Below are positions 14,050 through 23,965 of a DNA stretch of 32,000 bases, piece after piece. The stretch comes from an uncultured Solirubrobacterales bacterium (GTDB lineage Bacteria; Actinomycetota; Thermoleophilia; Solirubrobacterales; Solirubrobacteraceae). The notes below the pieces were generated by a model. It searched no databases and had not been told where the DNA came from. It worked only from the letters and a program-made list of their open reading frames with translations. The stretch spans positions 859,821 through 891,820 of the forward strand of contig CAWHDH010000017.1 of NCBI GenBank assembly GCA_963828075.1, written 5' to 3'. Both the position numbers and the translations under genes were made by a program. How positions within the stretch are numbered: position 1 is the stretch's first letter; the number at the start of each line of letters is the position of its first letter.

Positions 14050-16323
14050 ATGTCTGCCGCCGCTGGCCCGGTCACCGCTCGCGCACGGAGGGCGCTCGTG
14101 TTGGTCGCCGTCCTCGGCGGGACGCTCGTGTGGGGCGCCGGTCCCGTCCTCGCGATCGACTACGAAGACGACAATCGCAACATCTGCGCCGGCACGAACT
14201 GCTTCGAAGGGCAGGACCTCGAGGCCGATGGCGCGACGGACAACGTCGCGCTCGGTCACTTTCCGATGGTCAACCTGACGAGCGGCGACGGCAACGTCTC
14301 GCTGGGTACCTTCGCGTTGCGGCTGACCTCGACGGGAAGTCACAACTTCGCCGGCGGCTACCGCGCGCTGTACCGAAACACGAGCGGTAGCTCCAACATC
14401 GCGCTCGGCACGGACGCGCTGTTCGGGACGACGACCGGGAGCAGCAACCTCGGCGCGGGGACGGCCGCGCTCTACTACAACACGACCGGTCACCACAACG
14501 TCGCCCTCGGTAGTCGGGCGCTGTCAGAGAACACGACGGGCTACGAGAACGTCGCCACCGGCTACAGCGCGCTGTACTCGAACACGACCGCGCACGACAA
14601 CGTCGCCACGGGCCACCAGGCGCTGTACTCCAACCGCGGCCTGTTCAACACCGCCACCGGCTCGGATGCGCTGTACGCCAACACCACCGGTCACGACAAC
14701 GTGGCCACCGGCACCGAAGCCCTGCTGTCCAACACGACCGGCACCAACCTCGTCGCCACCGGCTCTGACGCCCTGCGCCACAACACGACGGGCAACTACA
14801 ACGTGGCCAACGGCTACAACGCCCTGCGCTTCAACACCATCGGCTCGGACAACGTCGCCGGCGGCGCCAACGCGCTGTACGCCAACACGTCAGGCAACGA
14901 GAACGTCGCGGCGGGCGCCGGCGCGATGTTCGACAACACCACCGGCAGCCGCAACGTGGCCGGCGGCACCGATGCGCTGCGCTCGAACCGGGGCGGCGAC
15001 GACAACGTCGCCACGGGCACCAGCGCCCTGCACGCGAACATCTCCGGCGACGGGAACGTCGCCACGGGACGCGACGCGCTGCGCGCGAACACCACCGGCA
15101 GCGACAACGTCGCGACCGGGATTCGTGCGCTCTCCGCCAACGTCGACGGCACGGGCAACGTCGCCGCCGGCGTCGACGCCCTGCGTTCGAACCGCGGGGG
15201 CGACAACAACGTCGCCGCCGGCCGCGAGGCGCTCTACTCGAACGCGACCGGCTCGGGCAACGTCGCCCACGGCACCGGGGCGCTGCGGTCCAATTCCAGC
15301 GGCTACGACAACGTGGCCAGCGGCACCGAGGCGCTGCGCGCGAACACCACCGGCGCCTACAACGTCGCCTCCGGCTACCGCGCGCTCTTCACGAACACCA
15401 CGGGCGACTTCAACGTCGCCAGCGGCTACCGGGCGCTGCTCTCCAACACCGAGGGGCGCTACAACGCCGCCTACGGGTCGCACGCGCTCTACTCCAACAC
15501 GGCCGGCAGCAACAACGTCGCCACCGGCATCACCGCCCTGGAGAAGAACACCACCGGTCAGGACAACGTCGCGGTCGGCGCGGGGGCGCTGCGGGCCAGC
15601 ACGACCGCGTCGGGCAACGTCGCCACGGGCAGCGGCGCGCTGGTCTCCAACACGACCGGCACCGGGAACGTCGCCAGCGGTCAGCGAGCGCTCGAATCCA
15701 ACACGACCGGACAGTCCAACGTCGCCATCGGGATCGACGCCGGCTCGGCCCTGACCACGGGCAACAACAACGTCACGATCGCGAACAAGGGCGTCGCCGG
15801 GCAGACCAACACGATCCGCATCGGAAGCCCCACGCACACCGGGGCCTACCTCGCGGCCGTCAACAACGTCGCGGTCAGCGGGCCGACCCAGCCGGTGCTC
15901 GTCAACGCCTCCGGCCGGCTGGGCACCGCCACGCTCAGCTCGGCGGCGCTCAAGACCGGGATCGAGCCGCTGGGTGGCAGCGTGCTCGACCGGCTGATGG
16001 CGCTCGAGCCGGTCAGCTACCGCTACCGCGCCGGCGACGGGACGCGTCAGTTCGGGCTGCTGGCGGAGGACGTCGCCCGCGCGCTGCCGACGCTCGTGAC
16101 GCGCAACGATCGCGGCCGGCCGACGGGCATCCACTACGACCAGCTCTCACCGCTGCTCCTGGCCCAGGCCCAGCGCCACGAGCGCCGGCTCGCCGACCAG
16201 GCGGCGACGATCGCTCGGCTGCGGGGCGCGCTGCGCGGCCAGGCGGCCGCCAACGCGCGGCAGGACCGCCAACTGCGTGAGCAAGGACGCCTGCTGCGGC
16301 GGCTCGCGGCGGCGTCGAGGTAG
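14050..16323 (+). CDS. Secreted repeat protein: ~30 tandem 17-residue NTTGxxNVAxGxxALxS repeats plus a C-terminal tail-fibre intramolecular-chaperone (peptidase S74-like) domain
   Basis: RBS GAGGAGG lies 7 nt before the ATG at 14050. The signal-like N-terminus is MSAAAGPVTARARRALVLVAVLGGTLVWGAGPVLA. The 51-nt coding periodicity runs from ~14236 to ~15790. The C-terminus SSAALKTGIEPLGGSVLDRLMALEPVSYRYRAGDGTRQFGLLAEDVARALPTLV...IHYDQLSPLLLAQAQ matches the S74 chaperone pattern. Confidence 0.85.
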   Translation: MSAAAGPVTARARRALVLVAVLGGTLVWGAGPVLAIDYEDDNRNICAGTNCFEGQDLEADGATDNVALGHFPMVNLTSGDGNVSLGTFALRLTSTGSHNFAGGYRALYRNTSGSSNIALGTDALFGTTTGSSNLGAGTAALYYNTTGHHNVALGSRALSENTTGYENVATGYSALYSNTTAHDNVATGHQALYSNRGLFNTATGSDALYANTTGHDNVATGTEALLSNTTGTNLVATGSDALRHNTTGNYNVANGYNALRFNTIGSDNVAGGANALYANTSGNENVAAGAGAMFDNTTGSRNVAGGTDALRSNRGGDDNVATGTSALHANISGDGNVATGRDALRANTTGSDNVATGIRALSANVDGTGNVAAGVDALRSNRGGDNNVAAGREALYSNATGSGNVAHGTGALRSNSSGYDNVASGTEALRANTTGAYNVASGYRALFTNTTGDFNVASGYRALLSNTEGRYNAAYGSHALYSNTAGSNNVATGITALEKNTTGQDNVAVGAGALRASTTASGNVATGSGALVSNTTGTGNVASGQRALESNTTGQSNVAIGIDAGSALTTGNNNVTIANKGVAGQTNTIRIGSPTHTGAYLAAVNNVAVSGPTQPVLVNASGRLGTATLSSAALKTGIEPLGGSVLDRLMALEPVSYRYRAGDGTRQFGLLAEDVARALPTLVTRNDRGRPTGIHYDQLSPLLLAQAQRHERRLADQAATIARLRGALRGQAAANARQDRQLREQGRLLRRLAAASR

Positions 16324-16358
16324 CGCCCGACCCAGGCGCGGACGTACGGCCGGCCCTA

Positions 16359-16388
16359 GCCTGGATCCACCGATCATCCGTGGATGCC
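16359..16388 (+). repeat. Second copy of the 30-nt dyad-containing motif seen at 3453-3482
   Basis: GCCTGGATCCACCGATCATCCGTGGATGCC aligns with GCCCTGATCCACCGATGATCCGTGGATGCC at 27/30 identity. It sits inside a larger hairpin (CCTGGATC at 16360-16367 with GATCCAGG at 16401-16408), 36 nt after the tail-fibre-like gene stop. Confidence 0.6.
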
Positions 16389-16471
16389 GCGGGAATCGGA
16401 GATCCAGGCCTAGATAAAATCATCCATTCGGTTGATGGCAGGCGGCGCCGGGGTCCGTACCTTCCCGTGGT

Positions 16472-16912
16472 ATGGGCGTCATCGAGGACCTCCCATGGAT
16501 CTACGGGGCGGCCTGCCAAACGGTCGCCGACGAGGCGGCCGCGCGCCAGGTGACCGAGCGCGTCGTGCGCGACGCCCGTCCCGGAACGCCGCGGCGTGCG
16601 CTCGTCGCCGAGGCCGTGCGCCTCGGCGTCGCCAGCGCGACGCCGGCCGCGCCGTTCGACCGTCTTCCACCGCGGGAGCGCGAGACGCTGGCGCTGGTGC
16701 GTCTGGCGGGCATGGGTGTCGCGGAGGTCGCCGCTCTGACCGGCGAGGACCCGACGACCGTCAAGCGGAGGCTGACGGCCGGCCTGCAGATGCTGGCGAC
16801 GCCGCGACCGGTGGCGCCGACGCCGCCGGAAGCCAGCGTGCCGCGAAGGCGGCGGCCTCGGTTCGGTTTCGGATCCGCAGCTTCTCGAGCACGTGCCGCA
16901 CATGTGTCTTGA
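16472..16912 (+). CDS. Small sigma-70 region-4 (ECF-like) HTH protein
   Basis: [44 protein letters not shown] is a typical sigma region 4.2 HTH. Only a rudimentary region-2-like N-terminus is present. The last ~40 aa are low complexity and overlap the convergent LuxR gene. Confidence 0.55.
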   Translation: MGVIEDLPWIYGAACQTVADEAAARQVTERVVRDARPGTPRRALVAEAVRLGVASATPAAPFDRLPPRERETLALVRLAGMGVAEVAALTGEDPTTVKRRLTAGLQMLATPRPVAPTPPEASVPRRRRPRFGFGSAASRARAAHVS

Positions 16913-17633
16913 CGGTCGCCTCGGAGATGAACAGCTGCGCTGAGATCTCGCGGTTGCGCAAACCGCGACCCATGAGCTGCAGCACCTCGCACTCGCGAGC
17001 GGACAGGTCGATCACCGGGCTGTCGCGCGGCCGCTCCGGCGCGGCCGGTGGCTCGTGCGCGCCCATCCCCAGGAGCGTCTCGAGCACCGAGACGCCACCC
17101 GGCCCGGACATGAGCAGCGCGTCGTGGAACTCACCGAGCTCCTCGGCGCGGGCCCTGCGCTCGTCCTCGCTCAGGTCACCGACGATGTAGAGACAGAGCG
17201 ACACGGCCGGCCGGCCATGGATGCACTGCTCCCACGCTCGGTCGTAGGCGATCGCGAAGTTGTAGACGTCCGTCGTGGACGGGATCGGCGGCCCAGTCCA
17301 CCAGACCGCGTCGAAGCCACGCAGCAGCGCCCCCTCGGCGACGGCGGCCCAGCGGTGCGCCCAGTCCTCCGGCGCCTCGTGGATCGGCGTCTCGTCGATC
17401 ACCATGCGTCCCTCGCGGACAAGCGCGTCGACATCGAGCCCGGCACTTCGCAGGCCTTCGCGGTCGGTCTCGAGCAGTCCAGGGATCGACCGGTGCAGGA
17501 TCCAGCCGTTGCGCCGCAGGCCAAGCCCGTAAAACGATGCCTGCGCGATGTGGACCTCCTGCATGCTGCGCAGGAGCATCGCGAGGTGCGGGCACTTTCG
17601 CGCGCCCAGGACATCGTCGAGCGCCGACTCCAT
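16761..17633 (-). CDS. LuxR-family transcriptional regulator with an N-terminal MEDS-like sensory domain
   Basis: The C-terminal HTH is [55 protein letters not shown]. The N-terminal ~190 aa resemble MEDS domains ([34 protein letters not shown]). Confidence 0.75.
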   Translation of the reverse strand: MESALDDVLGARKCPHLAMLLRSMQEVHIAQASFYGLGLRRNGWILHRSIPGLLETDREGLRSAGLDVDALVREGRMVIDETPIHEAPEDWAHRWAAVAEGALLRGFDAVWWTGPPIPSTTDVYNFAIAYDRAWEQCIHGRPAVSLCLYIVGDLSEDERRARAEELGEFHDALLMSGPGGVSVLETLLGMGAHEPPAAPERPRDSPVIDLSARECEVLQLMGRGLRNREISAQLFISEATVKTHVRHVLEKLRIRNRTEAAAFAARWLPAASAPPVAASPASAGRPSASA

Positions 17634-17833
17634 GATGCGAACGTACCCGACGGCTCGGGCAGTGTGTGGACTCGAGGGTCACGGCCGTGATTCGGCTACC
17701 AGTTTGCGGGTCCCAAACGCAGGGCGGAATCGTCGCTTAGCAGTGCCGCTCCGGAAGCATCCGGCGACCTCTCGCGGAACCTATTCGCCGCGACGGGACG
17801 TACTAGAGGTGCAAAGGAAGAGAGGAGCCCGTC

Positions 17834-18892
17834 GTGTACCGCACCGCCTTGGCCGTCCTGATGCTCGTTCCGGCGTTCGTCGCCTGCGGGGCGGAGCCCG
17901 CGCCAAGTGCCCCCGAACCGGTCTCTGCGCGCGAGACGGTGCTTGCTCGCGTCGGTAGCTCGCTGGTCAGCGTCGACGCCCGCACGGGACGCACGCTCCA
18001 GGACGTGACGCTCGGCGCGCACGACGCGTCGCTCGATGCCGTCTACACAGCAGCGAGCGACGCCGCCAGGACGACGGTCGTCGCCGCCGACCCGGTGAGC
18101 GGCCGGCGGCTGCGGTCGACCGAGGTGCCGGGACGGTGGATCATCCCCGTGGCGGCGGGCTCGACTCCCGATGGTGCGGTGTCGGGCGACGGCGAGGTGC
18201 TCGCCCTCGCCGGTCCGAGCAGTCAACGTCGGAGCCGCTTCGCGCTGCTCGGCACCGAGCTGAAGTCGCAGCCACAACGCTTCGCTCTGCGCGGCCGCTA
18301 CGAGTTCGACGCGATGTCGCCGGACGGCTCGGCGCTGTATCTGAGCGAGATCCGGGCCGACGGTCGCTACCGCGTGCGAGCCTATGACGTCAAACGCGGT
18401 GCGCTGCGGCCCCAGGTCGTCGTTGAGAAGACATCACTCGGGGTGCTCATGCAGGGCGCGCCCGTCACGCGGGCCGTCGACCCGAGCGGCTCGCCGGTCC
18501 ACACGCTTTATCGCGGTGGCCCTGCCGGCGCCTTCGTGCACTCGCTGAACACCCAGCGGGGCACCGCGCTGTGCATGTTCCTGCCGGACTCCAAACGCGC
18601 CGGCCCCGACTGGCGGCTGGCGCTGGACTCCCGGCGCGACAGGTTGCACGCGCTGAACCGCGACCTCGGCGCGCATTACGTCATCGACCCCACGAGCGGC
18701 GAGCTGACCCAGGCCCCGCCGAGCGCGACGCTGCCCAACCTGGCGGTGTCGAGCCCGGACGGCGCGCGCACCTACACCGTCGAGCCCGACGGAACGATCG
18801 CGGTCCGCGACAGCGCCGGCGTGCAGATCGGGACGCTGCCATCGCCGGGCGCCCAAGCCGAGCTGCTCGCGATCCGTCGCAACGCCCCGTGA
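17834..18892 (+). CDS. Putative lipoprotein of unknown function (beta-rich)
   Basis: RBS GAGGAG precedes the GTG at 17834. The signal peptide MYRTALAVLMLVPAFVACG has a lipobox-like VAC. Confidence 0.7.
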   Translation: MYRTALAVLMLVPAFVACGAEPAPSAPEPVSARETVLARVGSSLVSVDARTGRTLQDVTLGAHDASLDAVYTAASDAARTTVVAADPVSGRRLRSTEVPGRWIIPVAAGSTPDGAVSGDGEVLALAGPSSQRRSRFALLGTELKSQPQRFALRGRYEFDAMSPDGSALYLSEIRADGRYRVRAYDVKRGALRPQVVVEKTSLGVLMQGAPVTRAVDPSGSPVHTLYRGGPAGAFVHSLNTQRGTALCMFLPDSKRAGPDWRLALDSRRDRLHALNRDLGAHYVIDPTSGELTQAPPSATLPNLAVSSPDGARTYTVEPDGTIAVRDSAGVQIGTLPSPGAQAELLAIRRNAP

Positions 18893-18913
18893 GGTGGCCC
18901 GCGCAGGCGCGTC

Positions 18914-20134
18914 TTAGGGTGCGACCGCGAGTTGCCGCGAACCGTCGGCGCGCGTCCACGCGGCGACGAGGGTCCCGCCGGGTCCGTGCGCCGCCAGCAC
19001 GCCGCCCTCGCCCCCGGCGCGGTCGAGCACCTCAGCGGGTTGCACGGACCCGTCGGGCCTGCGGCGCTGCACCACGAGAGGCCCGGCGAACGGCTCGACC
19101 CCAGCCTCGAGTTGCGTTCCGAACACGTGCAGGTCGCCGATCGAGTCGAACACCGCTCCTTGGAGACGCGCCCCTCGCCGGGGACCGACCCGGCGCCCGA
19201 ACAGTTCACCCGGCACCGCCAACGCGATCCGCACGCGCGTCGCGCTCGGTGGGGTGCCTTCTGGCGCCGCTCCCCACAGCACGGCGAGCCGACCGGCCGG
19301 CCCGGAAACCAGGCGGGCTCCTGAAGCGCCGCAGGCCAGGTCGAGCTGGTCGAGCATGCGTGTCGGCTGAAACCGCTCCGCAGCCGGCTCCCGTACCGCG
19401 ACGCGAATCATCCGCGGCTCGTGGTCTCTCACACACTCTCCGACCTCCCCCTCGATTCCGGTGTCCTCGGCCACCACAGCGGTACGGCCTCCGGGGGCCA
19501 CGTGGAGGCTGACGAGGCCTTCGACGCGAGGGGCCGGTTGGCGCTGCAGAACCCGGCCGTCGCGTTCGGTCGACGCCAGCACCAGAACAGACCGCGGTCG
19601 GCCCCCAACCGTCATTGCGAACGTGACGCGGCCGTCTGGGTCGACCGCGATATCGAGGTCCGCGAGATACAAGGGATCGCTGCGGCCGAGCCACGCCGGG
19701 AGAACACCCGCGACCCGATGAGTCCGGATCCGGGACCCACGGACCGTCGCCAGCCGCAGAACGGGGGGTCGATCCGAAAGACCGGCGTCGGCCAGCCAGG
19801 CGATCGCGGTCCAAGATCCGGAGCGCGCCAGCGCGGCCTGCCCGCCGGCCTCGACAACTCGCCACAGGCGGCGAACCGACCCGTTCCGTTCGACGCGCAG
19901 GAGCGACAGCGAAACCGGCCGGTCGTCGCGGCCGTGGTCGCGGACCAGCAGGTCCGCCCCTCCGCCGTCGGTGACCGCGGAGTCGACCAGAAGCGTCCGA
20001 CGCCCGATCCAGCGACGGTTGGGCTCGCCAGGCCGGACGACATCGATCGTCAGATCGCCGGGACCGTCGTAGATCTCATCCGTCGCCGAGACCAGGACCG
20101 CCGTCCCACCCTCGGTCGCAGCGAGGACGCGCAT
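18914..20134 (-). CDS. Hypothetical beta-rich protein (propeller-like repeats); 5' end uncertain
   Basis: The convincing coding sequence starts at MRVLAATEGGTAVLV (ATG 20134). The frame stays open to 20590, but that extension is Arg/Pro-rich and runs through a 40-bp tandem repeat. A signal-peptide-like start (ATG 20307) lies in a different frame. Confidence 0.6.
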   Translation of the reverse strand: MRVLAATEGGTAVLVSATDEIYDGPGDLTIDVVRPGEPNRRWIGRRTLLVDSAVTDGGGADLLVRDHGRDDRPVSLSLLRVERNGSVRRLWRVVEAGGQAALARSGSWTAIAWLADAGLSDRPPVLRLATVRGSRIRTHRVAGVLPAWLGRSDPLYLADLDIAVDPDGRVTFAMTVGGRPRSVLVLASTERDGRVLQRQPAPRVEGLVSLHVAPGGRTAVVAEDTGIEGEVGECVRDHEPRMIRVAVREPAAERFQPTRMLDQLDLACGASGARLVSGPAGRLAVLWGAAPEGTPPSATRVRIALAVPGELFGRRVGPRRGARLQGAVFDSIGDLHVFGTQLEAGVEPFAGPLVVQRRRPDGSVQPAEVLDRAGGEGGVLAAHGPGGTLVAAWTRADGSRQLAVAP

Positions 20135-20338
20135 GAAGCCGGGAGCCTTTCGGGGCGGTCGCGACCGTGCGCCAGGCGGCGGCGCTCGTCGAGGCCGCGG
20201 CCGCGGTGGACGTGCGCTGGGGTTGCTCGGCGAGCCACACCACCGGCACACAGGAAGGCGAGGACGAGGGCATGGCGACCGCGACGAGGGTCGGAGCGCT
20301 GTGACATACCCCGGCTCCAACGCGCCAGCACCAGCAAA

Positions 20339-20430
20339 GTGTCGGCGGAAGCGCCACGCGCTGACGGTGGCGGGCTGGGTGTCGGCGGAAGTGCCACGCG
20401 CTGACGGTGGCGGGCTGGGCGTCCGCGGCG
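20339..20430. repeat. Intergenic tandem repeat, 40-bp unit, about 2.3 copies
   Basis: GTGTCGGCGGAAGCGCCACGCGCTGACGGTGGCGGGCTGG (20339-20378) repeats at 20379-20418 with one mismatch. A partial third copy follows (20419-20430, 8/12 identity). The unit length is not a multiple of 3. Confidence 0.85.
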
Positions 20431-20443
20431 TACCCTCGGTGTC

Positions 20444-21700
<1,257 letters not shown>

Positions 21701-21715
21701 GGCCTGGATCGGGCG

Positions 21716-21741
21716 CGCGTGTTGCGGTAGGCCAACACGCG
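21716..21741. terminator. Hairpin between convergent genes (possible bidirectional terminator)
   Basis: Perfect 9-bp stem CGCGTGTTG / CAACACGCG with an 8-nt loop. There is no U-tract. Confidence 0.4.
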
Positions 21742-21758
21742 GGCACCAGCGTGATGCC

Positions 21759-22382
21759 TCAGGCGGTGGGGGGTCGCCATGGCTCGTGCTCGTGGGTGAG
21801 CCACACGAGCTCGGGGTCGAGCGCAAGGACCCGCTGCCGGCCTTCTGTGGGCGGCTCGTCGAACTCGCCGAACCACACCGCCACGTCGCCGCCGACGATG
21901 AGCGGCCGCCCGCCAGTCTCGACGACGACCATCTGCATGCCAGGTGTGTGGCCCGGCGCCGGGACGAGTCGGAGCCCGGGCAGCAGCTCGTGCTCGCCGT
22001 CGACCGGCACGTACTGCACGCCGGGCGCCTCGACCCACTCGCGAATGGTGTAGCCGTCCTCGCTGCGCGCGTCGTCGAGCTCCCGACGCTGGACGTAGAT
22101 CGGCCTGCCGGCGAAGAGGTGGTTGCCGCCGCAGTGGTCGGCGTGCAGGTGTGTGTTGACGACGATGTCGATGCCGGCGAGATCGAAGTCCTGCTCGCTC
22201 AGCGGCTGCAGGCGGGGATCCATGTCGGCCAGCGCCGGGTGCCGCTCCGTCATGCCGGTGTCGACCAGCACGCGCGCGTCGGGATGGTCGATGACGTGCA
22301 CGTAGACCGGCATCACCTCGCCTTCGACGTGCAGGTCGGCAACGAGGATTGGCGTGATGGTGACTGAGGCGGGGGCGTTCAT
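21759..22382 (-). CDS. MBL-fold metallo-hydrolase (lactonase-like)
   Basis: The HxHxDH motif VVNTHLHADHCGGN is present, along with the downstream His/Asp ligands typical of the metallo-beta-lactamase fold. 207 aa. Confidence 0.85.
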   Translation of the reverse strand: MNAPASVTITPILVADLHVEGEVMPVYVHVIDHPDARVLVDTGMTERHPALADMDPRLQPLSEQDFDLAGIDIVVNTHLHADHCGGNHLFAGRPIYVQRRELDDARSEDGYTIREWVEAPGVQYVPVDGEHELLPGLRLVPAPGHTPGMQMVVVETGGRPLIVGGDVAVWFGEFDEPPTEGRQRVLALDPELVWLTHEHEPWRPPTA

Positions 22383-22449
22383 CGTGTACCGACCGCCGCG
22401 GTGGTGGTTGGTATCGGCATCTGCGTTCCTCCTCGTCTATCGGGACAGT

Positions 22450-22990
22450 TCAACCGGTATGACGCAGGGAACCCTCGATACTCATCGCCTGCGGAGTCGA
22501 GCTGAGCGGGTTCAGCCGCCGCGGGGCTGGGTCGAGCGTCTCGAGGAGGATGGAGTGGACGACGCCGTGGCGGAAGACGAGCCGGTCGGGACGGTCGCGC
22601 GCGGGCACGATGAGACCGGCCGCCTGCGCCGCCGCCAGCGCTCTGCGCGCTTCGGCCGGCCGGGCGGAGGCCCGGGCGACGACGAGGCGCGGGTCGAACT
22701 CGACCCCGGCGGACGCCGCCGTCGCGAGCACACGCTCGGCGCCCGCGGGCAGCGCGGCGAGGCGCTCGCGCACGAACCCGAGCACGCGGACGGGCCGCCG
22801 GTGGCCGTCGCCCTTCCTCCCGTTCGGCCAGCGGAGCAGCTCGGTCGCCAGGAACGGATTGGTGCCACACCCCGGCGGCGACCTCGTCGTGGCCCGGGCC
22901 GGCGAGCTCCGCCACATCGCTCACCGCCAGCGGTTCGAGAGGGAGGTTGTGGCCACGGATGAAGGGGGTTGAGCCGTCCCCCTGCGTGGC
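22450..22990 (-). pseudogene. Decayed internal fragment of a large ATP-binding LuxR (LAL/MalT-like) regulator
   Basis: GTNPFLATELLR...LPAGAERVLATAASAGVEFDPRLV...AAQAAGLIVPA...LVFRHGVVHSILLETL matches the middle of LAL regulators (TGGNPFFxxELxR ... helical repeats). The upstream piece NLPLEPLAVSDVAELAG lies in another frame, with the shift near 22870. No ATPase N-terminus or LuxR HTH is present. Confidence 0.5.
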
Positions 22991-23112
22991 GGCGCGGCGA
23001 GTCTCCCAGGGGACGTGCAACGTCAGCGCAACGACCGGAGCTGGTCTGTGCGGTGTGCCGCGATCAGGCGGTTCTCAGAGAACTCTTAGGGACCGGATCG
23101 AAGATCGGTGCC

Positions 23113-23943
23113 ATGCCCAGCGCACTGAACTCGGCCCTCGCGGCCGCACTGGCCGCCGGCGCCGTCGTCGCCGCGACGGCGATCGGAGACACGAGCGACA
23201 GCGCGAGCCGCGCCGTCGCCGCTCGCGCCAAGCCCGTCCTGATCGCGCCGACTCGAGCACAGGCGATCGAGGCCGCCGCCGCGTTGCGCGACCGCGCCAA
23301 CGGCGAGCTGGGGCGCCGGCTCGGCGTCCCGGCCGATCGCCTCCTCGCCGCCGAGCGTGCGATCGTCGCCCGCCAGCTCGCCGAGGCGGTCGATCATCAG
23401 GTCCTGAGCCCGGACCAGCGCGACGCGCTTCTCGCCTGCTTCGACGCCCCGAAGGCGTGCGATCGCGGGGCGCTCCCGGTGCTGGGCGGCGGCCTGCCGC
23501 CCGGTGGCGTCCCCCTTCCCGTCATCGTCGGCGCGCCCCCCGCGGGCGGCCCGCGGCCCGCGATTCCCGCACCACCTCGCGCGATTCCCGTGCCGGCCCC
23601 TCCCCCCCGGTCTCGCGCGGGCCTGTGCGATCCGGTCTCGCGTCGCCCCGCACGCAGCCGCCGCGCCCTTCGGTGCGCCGTGCCGCTGTTCCCGGGGCAG
23701 GCCACCGCCCTCGCCAAGGAGCTCTCGCTGCCGGAGGAGAAGGTCGCGGCGGCGATGCGCGGCACGATGCGCGCGCTTGCCGGCGACGCACCGAGCGGGC
23801 CGGCCGCGGACCCGGACGGCGTCCCATTGGGCGTGCCGATCCAGCTGTTCCCGTTCGCGGTCGTGCCGCAGCTGGGCTTCGCCTGGGATGTCGGCCCGCA
23901 CCCGGCACCGAGCCGGCCGCGACCCCGCGCGCGCACCCCCTGA
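23113..23943 (+). CDS. Hypothetical secreted/anchored protein with a proline-rich central region
   Basis: MPSALNSALAAALAAGAVVAATAIG looks like a signal or anchor sequence. Helical segments flank a PPGGVPLPVIVGAPPAGGPRPAIPAPPRAIPVPAPPP stretch. It lies directly upstream of the two-component pair. Confidence 0.5.
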   Translation: MPSALNSALAAALAAGAVVAATAIGDTSDSASRAVAARAKPVLIAPTRAQAIEAAAALRDRANGELGRRLGVPADRLLAAERAIVARQLAEAVDHQVLSPDQRDALLACFDAPKACDRGALPVLGGGLPPGGVPLPVIVGAPPAGGPRPAIPAPPRAIPVPAPPPRSRAGLCDPVSRRPARSRRALRCAVPLFPGQATALAKELSLPEEKVAAAMRGTMRALAGDAPSGPAADPDGVPLGVPIQLFPFAVVPQLGFAWDVGPHPAPSRPRPRARTP

Positions 23944-23965
23944 TCCCCGCCGTCGGGACGCGATC

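Noticed and set aside
14236-15790. Regular 51-nt periodic repeats that could be mistaken for a CRISPR array or a satellite
   Set aside because: The periodicity lies inside one long ORF and encodes a 17-residue protein repeat. The units are diverged at the DNA level, there is no repeat-spacer alternation, and no cas genes are present.
16411-16437. AT-rich patch (TAGATAAAATCATCC...TTGATGG) as a promoter for the sigma-like gene
   Set aside because: I could not pair any -35-like and -10-like hexamers at acceptable spacing. The patch may simply be the tail of the preceding hairpin/terminator.
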